Below, piece by piece: positions 55,257-64,000 of a DNA stretch of 64,000 nt. The DNA comes from Trichoplax adhaerens (Eukaryota > Animalia > Placozoa), in NCBI RefSeq assembly GCF_000150275.1, contig NW_002060980.1, positions 68,467 through 132,466 on the forward strand, given 5' to 3'. The translations under genes were made by a program, and so were the position numbers. Positions within the stretch are counted from its first letter, which is position 1, and every line of letters starts with the position of its first letter. The notes under the pieces were generated by a model. The model was not told the DNA's origin and did not search any database. It saw only the letters and a program-made list of their open reading frames with translations.

Positions 55257-56305
55257 CTGCTGTATTTTCTCATCTTGTTTTGTATAGTTTATCATTCTAA
55301 TGTTCTACAAAGTCTATTGTTAGCTTGATCCATATAATTTATCGTTTTAATATTCCACATAGTCTATCATTATTGGTCTAATGTTCCACGTAGTCTATCG
55401 TTATCTTGTTTTGTATGGTTTATCGTTCTAATGTTCCACATAGTCTATCGTTATCTTTTTGTATAGTTTATCGTTCTAATGTTCCACATAGTCTATCGTT
55501 ATCTTGTTTTGTATAGTTTATCATTCTAATGTTCCACATAGTTTATCGTTATCCTCTTTTGTATAGTTTATCATTCTTATGTTCCACATAGTAACTTTGC
55601 CATTTTCTCATCAATTTCTTGGTTACAATGTTCCACGTAGTCTTAATAGTTGCCAGTTGACTAATTATGGTACAAGATTTATGTAGCTAGAAACACTGTA
55701 GGTGTTAACATGCCCTTCGGAAAGGGGCCTAGACGTTAATAGAAGAGTAGCCAAATCTTAAGCAGAATGATTAAGATTGTAGAAAATAATGATGTACTAT
55801 TATAGAAAAGTATTTTGCTTGATGACTCATGTCTGATTGTAGATTAATCAAGTTGTCATAAATGGATTGAACCAAATGTTTATAAGAACTGCAGAGATGA
55901 GCTCACAGAGGAGAAGAGACTTACTTCGCTTTGAGCTAGGAATATTTTAGATTTTAGACTAGATTCTTGTAGTAATTAATTATTGCTCTACTATTCTTAA
56001 AACCTTGTAATAAAAGTCTTTAGAAAATACCGTTTGACTAGATAGGTATTGTGAAACGCATTTATTACACTTGTTTTGTACTGTATACTGTATAGTTTAT
56101 TATTCTAATGTTCCACATAGTCTATCGTAATGTTTTTTTGTATACAGTAGTTTAGCGTTCTAATGTTCCACATAGTCTATCGTTATTTTGTTTCGTATAG
56201 TTTATCGTTCTAATGTTCCAGGTAGTCCATCGTTACCTTGTTTTATATACTTTATCGTTCTAATGTTCCACATAGTCTATCGTTATCTTGTTTTGTATAG
56301 CTTAT
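55257..56305. repeat. Third satellite subfamily (50-bp; ATGTTCCACATAGTCTATCGTTATCTTGTTTTGTATAGTTTATCGTTCTA), interrupted by an LTR-like fragment
   Basis: Period 50 (55381, 55431). Resumes at 56070 after the insertion. Confidence 0.88.
55644..56069 (+). mobile_element. Probable 5'-truncated LTR fragment, family C
   Basis: Non-satellite insert ending ...TTATTACA exactly where the satellite resumes (CTTGTTTTG). TATAAG at ~55881 and AATAAA at 56009. No left TG end or TSD is visible. Confidence 0.55.
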
Positions 56306-57659
56306 TTCTCGTTCATTTAGTAACTTAAACGATACAGATCAGATTTATTCAAAATGTTAGTTACTTTTCACGTTATATTTATTTTAATTCTTAACACACT
56401 AATCATACACTGTTATGCGACTTAATTCTTCGAATACTCTCATTTATGCTTTTTATTGTAGCTATGAATCCCTACAAGGAAATCTGTTAGCTTGCTGTAA
56501 TAGCCCGTGTGAAGCTCAGTATACTGTACTCCGATGTTTTTGACATGGCTTATACTTATTTAAATTTCGCACGGCTGTACAATAAAATATCTTAAACTAT
56601 GGATATGTATTCAATAAAACCAATACAGTACTCATTTATATTTCTGTTACAAACCAGCTTCGTGACTAAGATAACGTAAAATAAATCTCTAAATTACTAT
56701 AGTCTCCGGGATTCAGTATCCCTTAACTACCTCACAAAAATTTAGAAGCCTTTACTTCTACGTTAAAACAATTATATAGCTTTTCTTTTATTCAACTATC
56801 TGTCGAGCTTAAATACTCTTGGCAGCAGCTATCATGTATGAGTCATAACAGTTCATGAAATTTAGCTCATATTGGATAGCTAAATTAATACAGACATTAT
56901 TTATAATTTTGGACATGTACTAAACGATTCTAGATAATTAGAATACAGTATGTCCACACACAGAATTATTTATGGTATCATCTATAATTGAATATCTTCA
57001 GGATATTCATCACAAACGTTTTAAGACATAACACTATAATCAATTAATATTAGTGACCTTATGAGAACTTTTACTACAATACAGCATAATTTACTGTAAC
57101 AAAATAACAACTACCGCAGTTCTTACTGTAAGTCATCATTAGTTATCTCCATATATAAATGTTAAACACTAAATTTAGTCATTTACTCTTCATGGTGGTT
57201 CGAACCGTGACAATTTCTTGTAGCTCGCACTTGTCAAGTTGCAAAAACTCTAAGCGCTTAACTATTTTCCTTTAATCCATATCGCTAAAGTCCTCCATCC
57301 GTAAAACAAATAGTACATCACTACTACAACACCTTATCATATCAGGCAGGCATCAAAAAGCGAAAAGTCTTGCAATGTTCCGCATAGTTTCTCGTTAGTA
57401 TGGTACGAGTGCCGTTTAAACGGTAATAAGTTCCTTATGCAATACAGTACTGTTTAGACTTATACGGTTATACCAGAGGCTATTTAAAAAAGGAACACCA
57501 TACCACTGCTTATACATAGCTGACATTACGAAAGTGCTAAGATTAGAGCAGTATCTACAGTATGACAATAGGTGCAACTGCGTCTGTGAGTATGTGATTA
57601 ATTGAAAGGTTTAAAAAGAAAAAATATTTCTGGTCTTAAAGCTTACTTCACACCACCCC

Positions 57660-59886
57660 TAGGTGAAAATAAATATCACTACTTCTGTGACTTGTTAACA
57701 AGCACTTTGATTACAAGTAATGCTCCATGGTCATTATTAGATAATTCATATTTCAGATAAGATATGGGGATTCTTCGACCCGATGTTACTCATTTGACAG
57801 TGCGAAAGGCTTCAGCCAAAACTCTTGATCGGTTACATGAATTGAATATCTGGGAGTGTAGGAAATTTAACGAATCGTCACATTTTATTACTCTTGTGCT
57901 TAATAGTTTAACAGATCAAACTAAAAAGAGCCTGACAAATTATTTAGCGATCAACGAAGAATGTACATCATATCTGTTGGATATCTTAATAGAGACTCCA
58001 GCGAAATAAGCTTCGGCATATCGAGACGATGTTATTTCATTCGTAGAAAAGATGGACTTTAATGCAGATACTACGTTACACATGTGTTGTGATTCAGTAG
58101 GAGTATATTATAAAGTACATGAACTACTTAAAAAGAGTTTATCGAGTCCATTTACTCTAGTCGAAGTCTGTATGGCCCATCTGTCAAATTTGTTTCTCTA
58201 TGATTTGATCAAGGTATGCCCATCTCTTCTCAGTTCAATTTGTAACAGTACGTACTGTAAGTATCTGTAACTATCTTATCTTGTACTGAATATGATAGCC
58301 AATCAGAGAAAAAAATCGAATGCCTTGCTAGGAGCTATAGCTATACATATATAAGTCTAATCCTTATTATGATTAAGCGAGGATTACTGCCTTTTCTGTA
58401 CCGCTGACTGCTGGAGTAGCCATCGGTAATCAACCTGTCAATAAAGCTCCTTCCTTCATCCTCAACTTGTCTACACAATCCTTGTGAGTCAGACAAAACA
58501 TTACACAATTCACGATGCTACTAAAATTGCACGATTACTGAATACCTTTACTGCTTTGCACAAAGCCGTATACACTGAATTGCAGCGCAAAAGTGGATTA
58601 AGTTCTTTTGCAATCTGGGTTCCAACTAAAATGAGATGATAGTCTAATGGTGTTTGCATTAAGCAAGTAAGTACTTCGCATGCGTGACTTCATTTATCAA
58701 CTTTGATTACGGATAAGGAAAGACCATATTTTAAGAAATCAAAACTGATTCAGCGGGTAAAGAAAACTATTGAAAGTGATAAAGTATGTGAATAAATGAA
58801 GCTAGCAAACCAGACGTTAACTCCCATTTAATTCTGTGACTAGTTTAAGTGAAATGGATAACATATCTTTGGGAGAAATTCTAGCGGTATGGATATGGCT
58901 ATATACCTTAAGTCAAATGGCGAATTAACTAGACGATGATTCATGAATTGCGTTAAGTGACACCTATTTCAGGAGGTTGCGGTGTTTTGGAGAACATCAT
59001 TATCTAGCATACATCCTCTTAGACCCTAGAGTTTATGAGGTCGGGTTGACTGCTAAAGGGACGAAGAAAAGTCATTATGTGCACTCGTACACTGGCTAAA
59101 ATGAATTATTATTAATATCAATTCTGCGAGTTTCGTGAAAAATTTGATGGATTATCTGAATAGTACAGGTTGATTTACTGATGACAATGACAACTGGATA
59201 GGAGTAAGTAAAAATCCTATACAGTTTAGGATTACTGCTCAGATTATGAAGATTTATCTTTTATAGGAAAAATAGTGTGTTCATATGTTCTTCAAGCAGC
59301 ATTTACAGAGAGAAATTGGTCTTCTCATATACAGTACGCATTCACACTAAAGAACGTATATGGCTAAATCCAAGTAATGTCGAAAAAATCTCTAAAGTAA
59401 AGCACGCATACCGTAAGAAAACAAAGGAATCGAACGCAGACGTTGCCAAAAAGTATAGCAAGGTAATGGATCCTTTAAAATTCTATTAGTACGCAAATCT
59501 TGTTAGATAGCAATGGGCCTGAACCTTTAGACGCTGATGAGTACTTTGAACCTGTTATTCAAGCGGAAAGAAATGAAATTCCTATGGTTATTGAGCGTAG
59601 TGATGATAAAAAATTGGACGATACGGAGATGGAAGCGGAAGATAATCATTATGAAGCGGTCGATTCGAACAAAAATGCATCTCCGGTGTCAATCATGAAT
59701 ATTCTGCAATCATTGGAAAATGATTTACCTTCTGAATCGTATAATATCAATTTATGTCCAAATAATGAAATCATCGCATCCATTGCCTCAGACTGTTTAG
59801 ATGTGTCTCTGGATAGTCTATCAGTCACTCAATACTCAATGACAGCATTTATTGATATTCTTGTATTCGTAGTAATGCTCGTTTAA
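57660..59886 (+). pseudogene. Decayed hAT-family (DUF659-like) transposase with stops and frameshifts
   Basis: Fragments appear in the expected hAT order: NAPWSLLDNSYFR*DMGILRP, ITLVLNSLT (first catalytic D position), CCDSVG (second D), CMAHLSNLFLYDLIK (CxxH), LDPR, and CSSSS...FSYTVRIHTKERIWLNPSNVEKI (C-terminal dimerisation-like). An acidic tail follows. Confidence 0.75.
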
Positions 59887-60433
59887 GTTTAAATATATTG
59901 GTCATTTGATCGGTCATGTTTATACAAAATAATAAACTAACCCTTATTCCGTTTTATTCATGTTTTATATAAAGTAAGAAAATGAATTTTATTTTAGCGC
60001 TTAACGCATTGAAAGTGCCATCATGCTGCTTTACGTCCTGGCGGTCCTGCATATTTAATATACTCGTTCGTTAGTCGTTACTTCGAGATGGCGTCGAAAA
60101 TTTAAAGTTGCATATTTGTTAACATTCCTGTTCAAAATCTATATGTACATTGGGCTTGATTTAGCCTACACAGTTTATTTCCCATAGTGCCACCCAAGTT
60201 AATCGTGCTGTACTACACAGTCACCTATATTATGCAGTATACACTATACAGTCCCCTATATTATACTGTACATACTGTGTACAGTACAGTATACTACATA
60301 CAAGTACATACCCCTGTATAGTGTACTGTACTGTACACTGTGTACAGTGTACAGTATTATATAATGTGCACTTTGAAGTTCACGTAAAGTGAAGTTTCAA
60401 AATCTAAACTTCACACGTTCCCTAGTTAGGACC

Positions 60434-60965
60434 TGTAATACTACTTTCCTATATTAACTACAATCGACTCACAAGAATGAGTAAGACTCCCTTTATATAA
60501 AAAAGTTTTATTACGATGTTAAAATACTGGCATTAGAAACTACAGATATAATATCAAAAGAATATCCACTATGACTTCTCCGAGCTAACCCATGAATCTA
60601 GCTCTACAATTACATTAGCCTCCTTATATATCTATCTTTGATGTAAATATTTACATCAAAACTCTATCACAATTTTCCCTATACAAAATAGTATATCGTA
60701 ACGGCTACAGTATTGGAGCCCTTTAACATGATCCGCGTCTTGTTTATATCGCCTCGAACCTTGTTCCTCAGCTTCTCGACCAATAGTCAATCTTCTAGGG
60801 CTTCCATCTGCGCTTCTCGCCAAGAGGCCTATTAACACCGTTACATCTTTCCGATTCCCATCGATAGATAATCAATAGCGTATATTGCGGCAACATAGGA
60901 GGAACTGACACCATGTTCTACAATGTTCCACACAACTAGAGACAATTCGATATTACACCGCTACA
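60434..60965 (-). mobile_element. Solo LTR, family A, inverted copy (532 bp), TSD GGACC
   Basis: Reverse-complement homolog of 52172-52694. GGACC at 60429-60433 and 60966-60970. Confidence 0.92.
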
Positions 60966-61394
60966 GGACCATAGGGATGAATCACAATGATTAGAACTTG
61001 CAAGTGTTAGGAAGGCTTACTATGTATAAATAGGGCAGAAACCTATAGTATTACGTAGAATAGGTATGTTGGAACTATTGGGAAGAACCACAATGGTTAG
61101 AGCTTCTAAGTGTTAGGAATACTTACTATAGACTCTGCAGATACCCTATGGTATGATCTGCCATCGAGGGTATGATTCTGTAGATACCCTACGGTATAAT
61201 TTGCCGTCGAGGGTATAAAACCTGCGAATTTTTAAGAGAGAGTTGAGATGCTACACATGGTTTGTAGCTGTGTTGTTAATATAAATACCGTACGGTACGG
61301 TACCAGTTGCTTGTATGTTCTACCATGGTAGCTTATTATTAAAACGTATATCGCTATGCTCAACGTACGGTAGTTTATCGACCTTACAGCAGCT

Positions 61395-62030
61395 TCACAT
61401 AATTTACTGTTATGTTCCATATCTTTTATTATCATCTACATAGTTTATGGATATTATGCTCCACATAGTGCATTATTTCCATGTTCCATATACTGTACTG
61501 TACTGTAGTTTGTCGTTATTTATGTTCAACATAATTTATCGTATTTCTCATATAGATTAATTAATTATTGCTGTTGTGTTCCACGTAGTTTATTGCTTTG
61601 ATGTATCCACATAGTTTATCGTTATTATATTCCAAGAAGTTTGTCGCTATTATGTTCCACATAGTTTATTGCTTTTGGGCTCCTCATATAGATAGTAGTT
61701 TATCACTATTATATTTCACACAGTTTATCGTTGTTATGTTCCACACACTATATTATATTTTACATAGTTTATTGTTATTATGTTCCACATAGTTTATCGT
61801 TATTATGTTCCACATAGTTTATCATTATTTCACACTCCACACTGTTTCTCATTAAGTTCCAAATAGTTTTATACTTATTATGTTCCACATAGTTTTATCG
61901 CTATTATGTTCCACATAGTTTATCGTGATCAGGTCCCACATTGTTTATCGTTATTATGTTCCACATAGTTTATCGTTATTAGGCTCCACTTAGTTTATAG
62001 TTTATTATGTTCCACATAGCTCATCGTTGT
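61395..62030. repeat. ~25-27-bp monomeric TATGTTCCACATAGTTTATCGTTAT array
   Basis: Same core as the rDNA-proximal arrays, but monomeric and more diverged. Confidence 0.88.
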
Positions 62031-64000
62031 ATATCTCCCTCATAATTAACTAAATCATCTCTTTAGAAACTTATGAAATATGGAACTGCAAAATGTAAGA
62101 GAATGATGTAAAATTGAATTAAGGCACAGTAATTAGGAGACATAAAGACATGTGGTGATGTAGCAAAAGAATAGTCTATGTACAGAGCACTGTAACTGAC
62201 ACAAGTCCATACCGTGGTCAATACAAATACAAATAGCCTTTACATTTAATTGATCGATTGATCATCCATAATGTAGCAACATTTCATGGTTTATATCTTT
62301 CATATTTAATATGTAAAGATTTCATTTGAAACCGATTTGATGTGCTTATTATTATTAAAATTTCAGTTTGATTTTAACTGAAACCAAATCATGAATAGGT
62401 GTAGTCAGTATATATCCTACTTTTTTCTATGTTTAGCTACTCAGACACTACAATGTAATGTTCGATTAATTGAGTACTGCAAGGGCAGAACTAAGTTATC
62501 TCTGTATTTCCAATTTTCAGTAAGGGTATCCAAGGACATTATCAATGTAGGAATTACAGTCTTTACTACTGTACCTTCGTAGGACATTACATGCCGCTAG
62601 AGGCTACCGTATAACAGGGTGTTACGAAATAAGATTTTCGTTAGATATGTTGATACAATTTCTATATAACGAGTAAACTCACTGTAACTTTAACTTATTT
62701 TGTTAAACTATAGTAGCACAGTCACTTAGGCATAAAATTTATAGTACGTAAATTCATAGAAAAGATTATAGATAAATCAGTTGCCTGAATGCATTTCTGA
62801 TAAGTTATCATTTGTTTAGAATTAACTAATTATCGGCCGTTCTCTTATTTGTAAGAATGTTATAACATTCGTTGGAATTTATAATATGCCATTACGATAA
62901 AAGGTAGATAAACATGTAGTTATTAGGCTTAAGTTAGAAAAGTAAGGGGTAATACTCGTGTTCGTGTTACCCTTGGAGGTAATAAAAAACCCTCTATGGT
63001 GTATCCTATACTAGTACCTGTAATAAATAGGTGGATGATTAACATTACCAGCATATGATACGAATCAAGATAAACATAAATATTTATGCCAGGTATTGAG
63101 AATAATATTTATGTTTATCACCCAGGCTGAGTGGTATTTAGTGTTAAGAATAATAATATTTATTACATAGGTTGATTGATTTGAAAGATATATAAACGAG
63201 AGTAAGAATAGCTTTAAGGTATCGCACATTATAGTATCTAGCGTACCTGTTCTACACTATGACATGATAATAAATTTTTAAATTGTATGTAATCGTCACA
63301 ACCCCTATGTAGTAAAGGACAGAAAGCAGAGTCTTTTATAGCTTTATTATGTAACTATTTTACTTTACAAAGTATTGTATATGTAATGATGAAATGAAAA
63401 GTGTAGAAATCAAGTTACTAAACTTCTAACAAACTTTGATTCTACTTTCTTTGCCCTCTGGTCGACTTAACAAAACTTTGACACCAAATAAAATTGGGGA
63501 AACAACCGATCAACAATTTATTAAGAAAATGTGAGGGAGTCTGATCAAACAACCTTCCAAATACTTAATTCTAAGTATTATAACTAAAGAAATAAAAAAA
63601 TGACAGAACTGAAACTGTCAACAACCAAATAACCTAACAAAAAGAAGAACGCGTTAACTTACAACAGTTCGACCCCTAAGGCCTTTAAATTTCAACAAGT
63701 TCTTTAAAAGAATCTTCTTTCGCTCTCTACTATAAATTTTCTGATTGCACTATCATTTATAGGCTTCACAGAGCCGTCAGTGGTACTTAAAACTAAATAT
63801 TTATTAACCAATCACTCTTAAGATTCATTTTAGAAAACTACTTTGCATCACTATAGAAAATCAAAAATCATTTAAAGTTCAGACACAAATTACCTTATGA
63901 TTCCCTTACAAACACTATAAAACCGTCAAACTAATTATAAAATGCCTCAAGCTTCACTTCTAACTTAATTTACAATCATTATACATTACAAAAGTCTAAA

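Noticed and set aside
52172-60965. Single large element bounded by the two LTR-A copies and containing the hAT transposase
   Set aside because: The copies are inverted and each has its own TSD, so they are independent insertions.
62615-63306. Possible TIR or LTR element (CAGGGTGTTACGA ... TCGTCACAACCCCTA)
   Set aside because: The inverted match is imperfect and I found no target-site duplication.

Overview
AT-rich, intron-rich animal genomic DNA. Compact genes with short introns and the rRNA sequence suggest an early-branching metazoan, most likely a placozoan such as Trichoplax (inference). The first 44 kb holds five spliced protein-coding genes. ACADSB(-) and RAD51B(+) are head-to-head, followed by a PLEKHH1/2-type PH-PH-MyTH4-FERM gene(+), then FTSJ1/TRM7(-) head-to-head with COMMD1(+). 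Fragments of an unidentified membrane-protein gene lie at 3-8.5 kb. The right part holds a single 18S-5.8S-28S rDNA unit with two internal deletions. Downstream of it are ~25/50/51-bp TGTTCCACATAG satellites, a duplicated 28S 3' end, four solo-LTR-like insertions (three with perfect 5-bp TSDs) and a decayed hAT transposase. The most interesting signal: aligning satellite copies shows CTGTA/CAGTA inserted de novo at TA sites, which is the Tc1/mariner (Sleeping Beauty-type) excision footprint. The same footprints are stacked densely at both bidirectional promoters and upstream of the rDNA, suggesting a heritable transposon-written record of open chromatin.
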